From: Candidatus Poribacteria bacterium
GTDB lineage: Bacteria > Poribacteria > WGA-4E > WGA-3G
Direction of reading: 5' to 3'
Length of the DNA: 64,000 nt
Assembly: GCA_963663765.2 (NCBI GenBank)
Contig: CAXXUA010000004.1
Span: 1,129,508 to 1,193,507 of the forward strand
Below, piece by piece: positions 9,640-20,627 of the stretch. Position numbers and translations under genes: made by a program. Below the pieces are notes generated by a model that was not told the origin of the DNA, made no database searches, and saw only the letters and a list, made by a program, of their open reading frames with translations. Every line of letters starts with the position of its first letter. Within the stretch, counting starts at the first letter, position 1.

Positions 9640-10416
9640 ATTGGTAGGAGCGACCTCCCGGTCGCGACAGTAAGGATACAATAAACAGAAAACGCGGAAT
9701 GTGTTTATTATACATCATTACCCTATTGGTAGGAGCGACCTCCCGGTCGCGACAGTAAGGATACAATGAATCAAAACGGACGCGACAAGCAGGTCGATCC
9801 TACCAACGCAGGACACGGTCGCGACCGGGAGGTCGCTCCTACCAGTGCAAGTGTGTAATTAATTCCATAATTTACCATAAATAACCCTGGGATTGATGGA
9901 CGTGTAACGACTTGGCAGATGTGTTGACAAAATCGCAGCTTACGCGGATAAAACAGGAACCTTACGCATTATGTCTGAATCACACAGGAAACAGAAAACG
10001 CGGAATGTGTTGATTATACATCATTACCCTATTGGTAGGAGCGACCTCCCGGTCGCGACAGTAAGGATACAATAAACAGAAAACGCGGAATGTGTTTATT
10101 ATACATCATTACCCTATTGGTAGGAGCGACCTCCCGGTCGCGACAGTAAGGATACAATGAATCAAAACGGACGCGACAAGCAGGTCGATCCTACCAACGC
10201 AGGACACGGTCGCGACCGGGAGGTCGCTCCTACCAACGCAGGACACGGTCGCGACCGGGAGGTCGCTCCTACCAACGTAGGACACGGTCGCGACCGGGAG
10301 GTCGCTCCTACCAACGTAGGACACGGTCGCGACCGGGAGGTCGCTCCTACCAACGCAGGGCACGGTCGCGATTTTCTCAGGAAACAGCTAAAATGCCTAA
10401 AACTAAATAACCCTGG
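9640..10416. repeat. Cluster of GTAG-type REP elements (GGTAGGAGCGACCTCCCGGTCGCGA) with duplicated blocks and a 39-bp tandem array
   Basis: More than 10 copies in both orientations; ~9640-9845 is duplicated at ~10030-10235. Confidence 0.9.
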
Positions 10417-10429
10417 ATAAACCTAGGAG

Positions 10430-10634
10430 ACCTTGGCGTGGTAATAGAGAAGTGTTAGATGAGTTACTGTGGGTGTTGCGAACAGGAGATCCCTGGCGGG
10501 ATTTACCAGAAAAGAATCCACCCTATCAAACCTATCATCGTCGTTTTCAGCAATGGTCAGCTGAAAATTATTTAGGTTTTGTACTTCTTGCTTGCATACG
10601 TTATGTCACTAAAATATTTATGAGATACGCTGTA
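10430..10634 (+). pseudogene. Internally deleted IS5-family transposase remnant with right end
   Basis: REVLDELLWVLRTGDPWRDLPE..PPYQTYHRRFQQW joined directly to the C-terminal AENYLGFVLLACI; end motif TTTATGAGATACGCTGTA also at ~59698. Confidence 0.75.
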
Positions 10635-11149
10635 GATGTTTCTGAGTTTCATCGTTAGAACTTCCTCGAATGCTGTAGGACACGCACTTTTCCTTGACGT
10701 AGACGTTTACTTTCTTGAATCAAGACTGTCCAAAAACTACGGAGCTCCTCCTGTTGCTTCCATAACACCTCTAACTATGCCCAACCCGTTTTCCGGTCTA
10801 TATTACCAGTCCTCAGATCAGTAAGAACTGTCTTTTGTGCTTCTCCTAATGCTTCACTCTGCTTCCCATATTTCGTTGTTAATGCATGTAATTTTAGATC
10901 CGCTTTATGAAATTGAGCAATCAGTTGAAATGTGTCATCTGAAGAGTAATTTGCAAGTGCAGCATCAGTCGGAATTGTAATGGTATCCAAAATGTCAATT
11001 TTACCCAACCCCTCTAAATAATTCTCAACAGTGAGAGTTTCAACATTCCCATTCTGCTGTTCGTTTTCATCTACTATCCAATAAACGCAAATGCCGATAA
11101 ACACAATAACAAGGACGCCCAGTGCTCCGTAAAATGTTTTATTAGTCAT
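10635..11149 (-). pseudogene. Membrane-anchored hypothetical protein with premature TAG at 10775
   Basis: N-terminal TM helix and GGAG RBS; frame stays open past the TAG (LEVLWKQQEELRSFW...) up to the IS5 end. Confidence 0.5.
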
Positions 11150-11320
11150 TGTGTTTCTCCTTTATATTAAAGTGTTAACTTTCCGCCTATATTTAACAAA
11201 AACTTTGTAATGACAAAGTTAGAGACCGTCGGTGCGCCTAATCTAATTAGGAAACTACCCCGATGTAATCCGTCAATAGGATTATTCAGATTTCCTAATG
11301 ATCAAATTTTCCAAAATGAA

Positions 11321-11561
11321 ACCCCGCTGGTAGGAGCGACCTCCCGGTCGCGACCGTACACCCCGCTGGTAGGAGCAACCTCCCGGTCACGACCGTACAC
11401 CCCGCTGGTAGGAGCAACCTCCCGGTCGCGACCGTACACCCCGCTGGTAGGAGCAACCTACCAGTCGCGACCGTACACCCCGCTGGTAGGAGCAACCTCC
11501 CGGTCGCGACCGTTTTGATTCATTGTATCCTTACGGTCGCGACCAGGAGGTCGCTCCTACC
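11321..11561. repeat. Tandem array of five 39-bp REP units plus an inverted copy
   Basis: ACCCCGCTGGTAGGAGC(G/A)ACCTCCCGGTCGCGACCGTAC x5. Confidence 0.9.
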
Positions 11562-11844
11562 AAGAGGATAATGATGCAAAAAGAGGATAATGATGCAAAA
11601 AAACACATTCCGCGTTTTCTGTGTCCTCTGTGATTCAGACATAATACGTAAGGTTCCTGTTTTATTCGAGTAATCCGTGATTCTGACAACACATCTGCCA
11701 AAAACTTTACACACATGTAATCACCTCGGCTTGTAAATTTCTTACTTCTCTTGTAATTATAGCAAATTGTGTAAAAAAAGCCAATAAAAAAAGTTTGTAA
11801 AACACTTGCATTTCATTCTGTTTTAACATATAATTTGTGAAAGC

Positions 11845-12768
11845 ATGCCGATGAAAACAACGGAATTCATTGATATAAGTCTATTACGCATACAGAATGT
11901 GCCGGATTTTAGCCTGAAATACACTTTAGAATCTGGACAGTCATTTCGATGGAATTTGGTGAAGGACGCATATTACGGTGTCGTTGAAGAACAGATACTC
12001 AAAATACACCAACGTCATGATACCTTAATCATAGGAAGTTCTAAGCAACAAGATGAAACATCTTTCACATCACACCTGAGACATTATCTTGATTTAGAAC
12101 GCGAATTGGCAAATATCTTATCTGCAGTAAAAGTTGATGATTATATTGAACGTGCAATCAATAAATTCTGGGGGATGCGTATACTAAACCAAGAACTATG
12201 GGAAACTATAGCATCATTTATCCTATCACAAAACAACAATATAGCACGTATCCGAGGTATTATCCGGAGACTTGCCGAACGTTTCGGTGAAAGATTAGAA
12301 TTAGATGGTTATGTAGACTACACTTTTCCAACACCGCACATACTTGCTGATGCTGGAATTGATGAGATCTTTTCATGCGGAACAGGATATCGTGCAAAGT
12401 ATCTCTGGAATTCTGCGAACAACATAGTCAATGGAAAATTAGTTCTTGATAATCTTAAACAAATGCAATACAATGATGCAAAACAGGAATTGATGAAACT
12501 TGAAGGAGTTGGTGAAAAAGTTGCTGATTGTATCTGCCTCTTTTCACTTGGACACCTAACAGCATTACCTGTTGATGTGTGGATAAAACGTATTTTTGAA
12601 AGCATTTATCTACGCAAACGCGCAACGTATCGCGAAATTCAAGAATTTGCAAGAAACTATTTCGGACAATATGTCGGGTATGCTCAACAATATCTATTTC
12701 ACTACGCTCAAAACCAACAAAACTGGGCAGATGATGAACATCTTGCATTAATCAAAAAGATAAAATAA
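11845..12768 (+). CDS. 8-oxoguanine DNA glycosylase (OGG1-like, HhH-GPD)
   Basis: TLESGQSFRW, WETIASFILSQNNNIARI, GTGYRAKY, GVGEKVADCICLFSL...PVDVWI; promoter TTGCAT-17-TATAAT upstream. Confidence 0.92.
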   Translation: MPMKTTEFIDISLLRIQNVPDFSLKYTLESGQSFRWNLVKDAYYGVVEEQILKIHQRHDTLIIGSSKQQDETSFTSHLRHYLDLERELANILSAVKVDDYIERAINKFWGMRILNQELWETIASFILSQNNNIARIRGIIRRLAERFGERLELDGYVDYTFPTPHILADAGIDEIFSCGTGYRAKYLWNSANNIVNGKLVLDNLKQMQYNDAKQELMKLEGVGEKVADCICLFSLGHLTALPVDVWIKRIFESIYLRKRATYREIQEFARNYFGQYVGYAQQYLFHYAQNQQNWADDEHLALIKKIK

Positions 12769-12825
12769 TCATAAAATAGTAATATCAATAAAACGTTACG
12801 ATGGGAATAGATTCAACTAAACCTA

Positions 12826-13120
12826 TTGGCGTAGACTTAAGAGAAAAATGTTGTCTTTCTCTTGTGGAAGGGTTTTGTAACCCCCAATGATACAATGATA
12901 CAGGATTAAAATTGCTAATTCGGGGTTGAAAAACCCTCCCAAAAGAAAGTTACTCCTTAAGTTTACACCAAGTTTACACCTAATGAAGTTTGACAATCAA
13001 AATCGGTAGTTGAATTCGTAGGGGTTGGGTTCCCCAACCCGTTTGGTTTTTGAGTTTGCGTAGATCTTGTGTGGAAACCACGCACCTACGAATACACAAC
13101 TTGAACGTCAAAACTCATTA
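12826..13120. repeat. Two adjacent TIR-bounded REP doublet elements
   Basis: TTGGCGTAGACTTAAG...CTTAAGTTTACACCAA and TAATGAAGTTTGAC...GTCAAAACTCATTA; both flanks carry ATAGATTCAACTAAA. Confidence 0.65.
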
Positions 13121-13257
13121 GGGATAGATTCAACTAAACACATCATTATTATTCAAAAACATCATCTATAGAATACACAACATTACAAGAAAATACTGTG
13201 TATTTGAAAAGTGAATTATATTAGATGAATTATGTTAAATGTTTATAGGAGGATTCA

Positions 13258-13614
13258 ATGTCTGAAAATACCGGAAAAAATGTAGTATCTCTTTTAGAAG
13301 AACATGTTGACCTTGCTATCTCTACCGTCAATAAACTGAGAGATGAAATAGTACAACATGAGACCGAAATTGCACGTCTCAACAGTGAAGTTGTACAACG
13401 TGATGCAAAAATTCAAGAACTTGAAAATGACCTAAGCGAGTTGAAGGATTCATCCGAATTTGCAAGGTTAGCAACAGAAGAGGAACGTGAAGGCATCCGT
13501 AAACAACTCGAAGGCTTAATGGCAGGTCTCACAGAACCTGGTGCAACATCAGAAAGCACTGATGATGCAAATGAAAAATCCGAGGCTGAGGTAATGTTTA
13601 AGGCTACAAACTAA
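13258..13614 (+). CDS. Coiled-coil protein (ZapB-like)
   Basis: AGGAGG RBS; heptad pattern LEEHVDLAISTVNKLRDE...EREGIRKQLEGLM. Confidence 0.6.
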   Translation: MSENTGKNVVSLLEEHVDLAISTVNKLRDEIVQHETEIARLNSEVVQRDAKIQELENDLSELKDSSEFARLATEEEREGIRKQLEGLMAGLTEPGATSESTDDANEKSEAEVMFKATN

Positions 13615-13639
13615 CCATAACATACCAAAGTAAATACTT

Positions 13640-14770
13640 GTGCGAGTTTTAGTCATTTCTCATTCATATATAATGAAACCATATCGGAGGAAGTTTAATC
13701 TCATCGCATCAAATACAGATGTAAGAATGTCCGTAATTACACCTGACCGTTGGTTTGAAAGTATTCAAGAAATCAAATTCGAACCCGAGAATGATACACA
13801 CTGTGAAGAGTTAGCTTGTCCAATAAGGTTTTCTGGATATGGCAGTCGGTTTTATTATCGCAATGGAATAGCACAACACTTCAAGAATTTTCAACCTGAC
13901 ATTATCCATCTTGAAGAGGAACCTTGGAGCCTCAATGCATTCCAGATTGTCCGACTGAAACGAAAATACTGTCCAAACAGCAAGTTCATCTTTCGCACAT
14001 CTCTTAGCATCCCATCTAAGCAACGATTCGGACCTTTACCCGTTTGGATCGAAAAGCAAGTTTTTAGCGAAACCGATGTCGCTTTTCCTCTCAGTGAAAA
14101 TGCTGGTAAAATCCTAAAACAGAAAGGTTATCTCGGAACACAGATTCCCTTTCCAAACGGTGTTGACATATCGTTGTTTCAGAAACGGGATATGAACCAA
14201 CTCAAAACTTCTCTCGGACTTGCTGATAGTTTTGTCATCGGTTATATCGGTAGACTAATTCAGATGAAAGGTGTTGATACGCTTATTGAAGCAGCTGCAT
14301 CCCTAAACTTCCCCTATAAAATATTGATCGTTGGTCAGGGTGAAGACAAACCAAAATTTCTTGAGATTGCAGAAACACATCAAATCGCGGATCATATCGT
14401 ATGGATAGATGTCGTCCCTCCCGAAGAAGTTCCCGATTATCTCAACTGCATGGATACCCTTGTTTTGCCCTCCCGCACAACACCAGAATGGGTTGAGTTT
14501 TTCGGCAGAGTTCTAATTGAGGGTATGGCGTGTGAAGTACCCGTCATCGGGTCAGATTCAGGGGAAATCCCACAAGTCATTGGTGATGCAGGTTTAGTCT
14601 TTCCAGAAGATGATGCGACATCTTTAGCAGAAAAGATAAACCAGATAGCAACAAATCACACACTACGCGAAGCACTTACACAGCGCGGGCTAAAAAGAGT
14701 TCAACTTTTTACATGGGAAACAATAGCACAAAACACCTATGAAGTTTATCAAGATCTATTAGCAGAATAA
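13640..14770 (+). CDS. Glycosyltransferase family 4
   Basis: PNGVD, IGYIGRL..KGVDTL, EFFGRVLIEGMACEVPVIGSDSGEIP. Confidence 0.93.
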   Translation: MRVLVISHSYIMKPYRRKFNLIASNTDVRMSVITPDRWFESIQEIKFEPENDTHCEELACPIRFSGYGSRFYYRNGIAQHFKNFQPDIIHLEEEPWSLNAFQIVRLKRKYCPNSKFIFRTSLSIPSKQRFGPLPVWIEKQVFSETDVAFPLSENAGKILKQKGYLGTQIPFPNGVDISLFQKRDMNQLKTSLGLADSFVIGYIGRLIQMKGVDTLIEAAASLNFPYKILIVGQGEDKPKFLEIAETHQIADHIVWIDVVPPEEVPDYLNCMDTLVLPSRTTPEWVEFFGRVLIEGMACEVPVIGSDSGEIPQVIGDAGLVFPEDDATSLAEKINQIATNHTLREALTQRGLKRVQLFTWETIAQNTYEVYQDLLAE

Positions 14771-14835
14771 CTACTGACTATGTATGTTGAATCGCATGTG
14801 AAATAAAATGGGTTAATAGAAGAGATTGGAAGGAA

Positions 14836-14918
14836 TGCCCCCGACTGGACTCGAACCAGCATGCCAACTAAGGCACAGGTCCTTAACCTGCTGTGTATAC
14901 CAATTCCACCACAGGGGC
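14836..14918 (-). tRNA. tRNA-Leu with AAG anticodon
   Basis: GCCCCTGTGGTGGAATTGGTATACACA-GCAGG-TTAAGGA-CCTGT-GCCTTAGTTGGCAT-GCTGGTTCGAGTCCAGT-CGGGGGC-A; centred anticodon AAG, G37, long variable arm, A73. Confidence 0.93.
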
Positions 14919-14927
14919 ATTTAAACT

Positions 14928-14956
14928 ATTATACTTCTGAACAAGCAGAAAGTCAA
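14928..14956 (-). promoter_or_regulatory. Sigma70 promoter of tRNA-Leu(AAG)
   Basis: TTGACT-17 bp-TATAAT ending 9 bp before the tRNA 5' end. Confidence 0.8.
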
Positions 14957-14999
14957 ATATTTTGCAGAAATTGGCAAAGGAATCCAATTGTTGAAATGT

Positions 15000-15692
15000 A
15001 CTCTTGTAGGAGAGGTTTTCAACCCTGATTTCCACCTCTTCTGTAGGTGGGGTAGGGATTTTAACATCTTGTGGGAGGGGTTTTCAACCCCGACAGAAGC
15101 CAAACGCGCTTCTGACGTTGATTTGGATTTTATGTGCATTTCCACTCAAATCGGGGTTGAAAACCACTCTCACAAAAGAAAATGCAAACAATATTTTCTT
15201 AAGTTGACACCTATGGGTACTTTGTAAGCGCACCCCGACGGTAAGCGGGGAATGCCTAAATGGCATTCATACCGCTGATCTGGTGCTTTGTAAGCGCACC
15301 CCCGATGGTAGACGTGCTTTGTAAGCGCGCACCCGATGGTAGACGTGCTTTGTAAGCGCACCCCCGATGGTAGGCGTGCTTTGTAAGCGCGCACCGATGG
15401 TAGACGTGCTTTGTAAGCGCGCACCGATGGTACGCGTGCTTTGTAAGCGCGCACCGATGGTAGGCGTGCTTTGTAAGCGCGCTCTTGGGACTTGATGTAC
15501 CAGCGCGCTTACAAAGCACGCCTACCAGGGTAGGTTAGATAAAATTACCTAATTTATTTTTTAATCTTCATATAAGGGGGTTAGGGGGGTTAAAAAGTCG
15601 CTATTTCAGTTATTTAACCCCCTAAATCCACCTTATCAGTGGGACTTTAAGAGGCAATGTGGAAGTCATAACTATTTATCAAACTCACGTTA
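15000..15692. repeat. Mixed REP cluster including a tandem GGTAG(A/G)CGTGCTTTGTAAGCGC array; ends with a solo IS982-type end
   Basis: 30-32 bp units at 15290-15530; TTATCAAACTCACGT at ~15676-15690 matches the IS982 right TIR. Confidence 0.8.
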
Positions 15693-16262
15693 CGTTTAGT
15701 TGTCATCGGTTTGATTTCCATTAGTTTGATAGCTGCTATAGGTTTCTATACGACCGATAGATTTCACAGAGTTGTTCGTATTAGTGCATCAAAACTGATG
15801 CAGCATAATTGATCGGATGCTTACTGTGCTAACAATACCTATGGAAACAAATCCATCCGTGTCACAGGTCAAATCAAGCGTATTGAGAAGGAAGAATTGG
15901 TCTATTTAGGATTAACTAATCAATTCAAAACAACCGTCGTGCTTCGGGGAATTGACGGGGACCTGATGGTGTCTAGTGAAGATCTTATTGAGCTATATAC
16001 AAGGAGAAATAATCCTTCCAGTGTTCCAAGACGCAAAAAACGAAATACTTATGAAGTGCTTTGTTTATTTGATCGAGATCAAACATATTCACTACGCTAT
16101 CTTAATACGGGTGATTTTGTGGAAATACGCGGGAACGTTGTATCTAATAGTTTAGGCAAGTATAACAATATATTATACGGTTTAGATATTGCGAAGTGTG
16201 TTTTGAAAAACCACCGTCCCAACAGCGAGGACATAGACGATGCAAGCATTAGTACCGATTGA
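15693..16262 (+). pseudogene. 5'-truncated OB-fold (tRNA_anti-like) membrane protein with in-frame TGA
   Basis: LVVIGLISISLIAAIG...ISASKLMQHN*SDAYCANNTYGNKSIRVTGQIKRI...VLCLFD...LNTGDFVEIRG. Confidence 0.5.
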
Positions 16263-16561
16263 TACAGGAACAGCATTACAACACACCATTGACAATAAAC
16301 TGTGAATTAGCATCGCGTGTGACACGCTATTGCTAAAATCCAGACTCGCATATCAGCAGGTGTGGAGACAACTTGATGAAGTCATATCCGAATTTCAGTT
16401 ATGGCTTCAATTCAAGAAAACTCTTGTCTATTTTTGCACATAAGCCACTTAAGAAATATCAGTTTTAAACTTTTTTGGAATATAATCGTCTAACGTAACA
16501 TAAATCCTTTTAGGATCATACCATAAACCTTGAGGATCATACACATTGAGACAGGATACAG

Positions 16562-16816
16562 ATGCAAAACCCTAACCCAGCATTTGAACAACTTCTCTCC
16601 AGTACACTTGACAGAGAAGTCCGTTTTGACGCATATTCAAAAGCACTATACAGCACAGATGCAAGTCTATACAAAATAGAACACATCGGTGTCGTAATTC
16701 ACAAGCACAAACAAGATGTCATAAACACAATCCAGATCGATGCTGAACACAAAATCTCTATACTTCCCCGCGGTGGAGGAACGAGTCTCGCCGAACAGTG
16801 TGAATGTAGATACTGA
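16562..16816 (+). pseudogene. Truncated duplicate of the 5' end of the FAD-linked oxidoreductase at 23540
   Basis: First ~80 codons nearly identical to 23540 onward, then an abrupt junction. Confidence 0.9.
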
Positions 16817-16844
16817 GTGGACTGACCTTCGTTTATACAAAGCA

Positions 16845-17103
16845 ATGATAAACCAAGACCCCAACATTCACCACGGAGCAACAGTGTTTACCGGCACCCG
16901 TGTTCCTATATAGTCACTGATTGATCATAAAAAAGCAGGAGACAGCCTTTATGACTTTCTTGAGGGCTTCCCTTCTGTTTCACGAGAACATGCAATCGCA
17001 TTCTTAGAATTCGCATTGACAACAGCAATTGAGACATACGCACAACAAGATAGGAAAACAAAGTGACATGCACGTTCTATTTGACGAAAACATAAACTGC
17101 TGA
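16845..17103 (+). pseudogene. Decayed DUF433 antitoxin plus the first codons of a DUF5615 PIN-like toxin
   Basis: MINQDPNIHHGATVFTGTRVPI*SLIDHKKAGDSLYDFLEGFPSVSREHAIAFLE, then MHVLFDENIN and a stop. Confidence 0.7.
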
Positions 17104-17194
17104 TTAGTCCGATATAATAAAATGCGACCAAATTAAAAAATGAAATAAAATTCAAATCATACAAAAACATACACATAATACAAAGAGGTTTACC

Positions 17195-20100
17195 ATGATA
17201 TTCAAAAGTTTTTCTCTGACAATAATTACAATTTTAACTTTCTTACTCCCGGGTTTCGCGCAGGAACCGGAATTTCAAGATTATACTGTGAAACTCATCT
17301 ACTTTCTTCCAAAAGACCGTGAACCTCAGAAAGATATAGATGCTAAAATTGATAAGTTAATTAAAAACGTTCAGAAATTTTATGCAGACGAAATGGAACG
17401 GCACGGATTCGGTAGAAAAACGTTTCAGTTTGAGACAGATGAAGCTGGCAATGCTGTAGTACATCATTTGATAGGTGAACACAATGACGAGCGTTACCTG
17501 AATGCTTCATGGATGACGTGGAGACCAATTTATAAAAAGTTTAAACGATCAAATACTGTCTTTTTCAATGTTATTGATTTCAGTAGTCAACGAACCCGCC
17601 CAGGGAGTTGTGGAGAGGGACAAGGTGGATTAGACGGTGGACAAGTGCTAATTCCTGCTTCAGGCATCTGTTTTACTCTTGACGTTGCTGCGCATGAACT
17701 TGGACACGCTTTCGGGTTACCGCACGACTGGCGCAGCGGTTCGCATATTATGTCTTATGGTCCAAGACGAAACAGAATCTCTTTCTGTGCAGCGCAATGG
17801 TTAGATGTTCACCCGTTCTTCAACACCGACCAAATCGACACATTGAAGACAACTTCTAAAACACCGCCAGAGATTAAGATTCTGAAAGTTATAGAGTACC
17901 CATCAAATCTCTTTCACACATATTTTAGGCTGACTGATGCTGATGGACTCCATCACGCACAGATGCAAACCCGATCAACACAACGCTCAGGTTTGTCAAT
18001 GCACGGATGTCTAAACCTAAACGGCGAAAGTCATTTAATTCGCTTCACAACTTCCGGGACAGAAATTCTGCTTACCGCTCTTGATGTCCATGGGAATGTT
18101 TCACCGAAGTGGATCACGTTTAAAGATACGAAACCAAACATCAAATTAAATATTTATTCTGGGAATGATAGTGGGAAAGATGGTTTAATCGGGCATTGGA
18201 CTTTTGATGAAGTTCAAGATACATTTGCATTTAATTCAAGTGGAAATGGCAACAACGCAATACTTAGCGACGGAGCTGTGTTACAACTTAATAGCGGAAA
18301 AATTGGAGGTGCATTGAGACTTAATGGTAGACATAGTGCCTTTATACCTAATGGAAAGAATCTCATCAATGGCCTTAAAACCTTTACAATAGTCTTTTGG
18401 GTAAAATCAGATACAGTTGACACCGACAAAGGCTTTATTTTCCCCAAAAACCCTAACGACAAAGATGAAATATTTTCCATACGTTACGATGCTAAGGGAA
18501 ATGAAGGTGGCGGTACTAATGTTGTCAAAGCAGGCATAACAACAACAGGTGGAGTTCAAACTTATGAGAGTGCAAGCGATGTGCAAACTACCGAGTGGCA
18601 ACACATCGCACTAACTTGGCAAAGCGGTCAGGAATTAACTCTCTACATTAACGGGGTGCTTGATAATCCTACATTTAATTCTCCAGCAACTGAAGGTGAA
18701 ATAATAGGTGCCGAAACGTTGATTATCGGTAGGGGTTGTAAAGACAAAAGTGGATCCTTCAATGGCTTGATTGATGATGTCCATCTCTATAATAGGGTTT
18801 TGAGCAAGAAGGAAATTGCTGAGTTATCTCAAATCAACGTAAACGCTGATCCTGTTTATGACGTTGCTTTAGCAGGAGTAGCAGATATAAGCCCAGAGCA
18901 TATAGATGAAAGCAAAGATGTAAAGTTTCTTTTTACAGTTACGAATACTGGTAATACAGAAGATACGGTAAAATTAAAAATGTTTGGCAATGCAGGCGGA
19001 ACACTGAGTCAACTTTCGGAATCACTTGCTCCTCACACTTCTTCATTAGTGACATTAACAATTGATGGTGCATCGCTTACCACTGCAGGAGAACGTGTGG
19101 CAATAGTCACAGCTATTTCGGAAGGTGACAACACAAAGACCGCTCAAATCAATGCAAGAGTCTCGATACCACCTGTTTATGGTTTCACTTTAACGGGTGT
19201 TGGAAAAATGACAAATGAGGTAGTAAACACAAGCCAAGATGTAGAGTATACCTTGAAAGTTACAAACACCGGTAATACTGAGGATACAATAAAATTAACA
19301 ACATCTGGTATAGATAACGCTACATTGAGTGAAACATCCCTTCTGCTTGACACAAAGGCTTCAACTACAGTGAAGTTGACTTTGCCCAAGGCTTCACTTG
19401 ATACTGATACAGATTATATTGTCAAAGTTACGGCTACTTCAACAGGTGATAACACAATAACCTCACGTTTGACCACTATTACAACAGTTCATGCCAATTC
19501 TGATCCTATTATTGATCTAAAAGATGGGTTAGTAGGACATTGGACGTTTGATGAGGAAGCCGGAAACACTGCATCTGATATGAGCGGAAACCAAAACAAC
19601 GCAACGATCCACTCAATAGGTAACATTTGGAAACCAAACAGCGGGAAAATTAATGGAGCATTACAACTTGATGGTAGAAGTGATGGTGCTTCTGTCCCAA
19701 ACGGAGGTAATCTCATCAACTCACTTGAAGCTTTTACCATAGCCTTTTGGGTAAAATTAGATGAAATTGGCACGCCGCAGCCTCATCTTCCAGAGAATTT
19801 AACGATCCCCTTTTGGAAAAAATTTGCGAAAGTTGACACTGACAACGGTTGCATTTTTTCGCCTAAAAACACCTATGATAAAGATGGCGTATTCACAATA
19901 CGTTACGATACTAACGGAAATAAAGGTGGCGGCAGCAATGTTATCACAGCTTCTATTACAACAATAGGAGGTGTCCAAAAATATGAGAGTACAAGCAACA
20001 TACAAACCACAGAATGGCAACATATCGCTTTAGTAAGGCATAGTGGACGAGAACTCGCACTATACATCAACGGTGTGCTTGATCAACCTACGTTCAATAG

Positions 20101-20254
20101 TCCCTCAACACAAGGTGAAGTTATAGGAGCAGAACAACTAATAATCGGTAGAGGTGGTAAGGACACGATTAGTGCTCTTAAAGGACTTATTGATGATGTT
20201 CGACTCTATGACAGAGCATTGAGTAGTAGTGAAATTACCAACTTGATGAAATAA
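17195..20254 (+). CDS. Secreted zinc metallopeptidase (metzincin) with two LamG/ConA-like domains and two Ig/CARDB-like domains
   Basis: Signal peptide; HELGHAFGLPH plus Met-turn IMSY; two GLxGHWTFDE...WQHIAL...LYINGVLD...FNGLIDDVxLY modules; two VTNTGNTEDT modules. Confidence 0.88.
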   Translation: MIFKSFSLTIITILTFLLPGFAQEPEFQDYTVKLIYFLPKDREPQKDIDAKIDKLIKNVQKFYADEMERHGFGRKTFQFETDEAGNAVVHHLIGEHNDERYLNASWMTWRPIYKKFKRSNTVFFNVIDFSSQRTRPGSCGEGQGGLDGGQVLIPASGICFTLDVAAHELGHAFGLPHDWRSGSHIMSYGPRRNRISFCAAQWLDVHPFFNTDQIDTLKTTSKTPPEIKILKVIEYPSNLFHTYFRLTDADGLHHAQMQTRSTQRSGLSMHGCLNLNGESHLIRFTTSGTEILLTALDVHGNVSPKWITFKDTKPNIKLNIYSGNDSGKDGLIGHWTFDEVQDTFAFNSSGNGNNAILSDGAVLQLNSGKIGGALRLNGRHSAFIPNGKNLINGLKTFTIVFWVKSDTVDTDKGFIFPKNPNDKDEIFSIRYDAKGNEGGGTNVVKAGITTTGGVQTYESASDVQTTEWQHIALTWQSGQELTLYINGVLDNPTFNSPATEGEIIGAETLIIGRGCKDKSGSFNGLIDDVHLYNRVLSKKEIAELSQINVNADPVYDVALAGVADISPEHIDESKDVKFLFTVTNTGNTEDTVKLKMFGNAGGTLSQLSESLAPHTSSLVTLTIDGASLTTAGERVAIVTAISEGDNTKTAQINARVSIPPVYGFTLTGVGKMTNEVVNTSQDVEYTLKVTNTGNTEDTIKLTTSGIDNATLSETSLLLDTKASTTVKLTLPKASLDTDTDYIVKVTATSTGDNTITSRLTTITTVHANSDPIIDLKDGLVGHWTFDEEAGNTASDMSGNQNNATIHSIGNIWKPNSGKINGALQLDGRSDGASVPNGGNLINSLEAFTIAFWVKLDEIGTPQPHLPENLTIPFWKKFAKVDTDNGCIFSPKNTYDKDGVFTIRYDTNGNKGGGSNVITASITTIGGVQKYESTSNIQTTEWQHIALVRHSGRELALYINGVLDQPTFNSPSTQGEVIGAEQLIIGRGGKDTISALKGLIDDVRLYDRALSSSEITNLMK

Positions 20255-20627
20255 TTATGTATAGTAACGTAAGTTGCTACCTATAAGGTTTAGACGAATA
20301 AACACCGTTTATTATAGAGTATAATACACTTTTCGGTAGTATTTGTAGCACAAACTTTTAGTTTGTGCATCCTTAGAACGCAAACTGAAAGTTCACGCTA
20401 CAAATGCGTACTGGCTCAATGCCAAAACCACCTTCTTGGTGAAATAATTATGTATAGTAACGCAAGTTGCTACCTATAAGGTTTAGACGAATAAACACCG
20501 TTTATTATAGAGTATAATACACTTTTCGGTAGTATTTGTAGCACAAACTTTTAGTTTGTGCATCCTTAGAACGCAAACTGAAAGTTCACGCTACAAATGC
20601 GTACTGGCTCAATGCCAAAACCACCTT
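20242..20627. repeat. 193-bp direct tandem duplication containing a GTAGCAC-type REP doublet
   Basis: Two near-identical copies with period 193 bp. Confidence 0.9.

Noticed and set aside
10109-11716. Short repetitive ORFs (LVGATSRSRP etc.), also at 15170-15519, 42739-43148, 49862-50215, 53388-53886 and 59961-60353
   Set aside because: Translations of REP arrays
10775-16913. Stop-codon recoding suggested by in-frame TAG/TGA in three ORFs
   Set aside because: All three are otherwise truncated or decayed accessory genes; core genes such as rplL (TAG) and rplK (TGA) terminate normally with these codons
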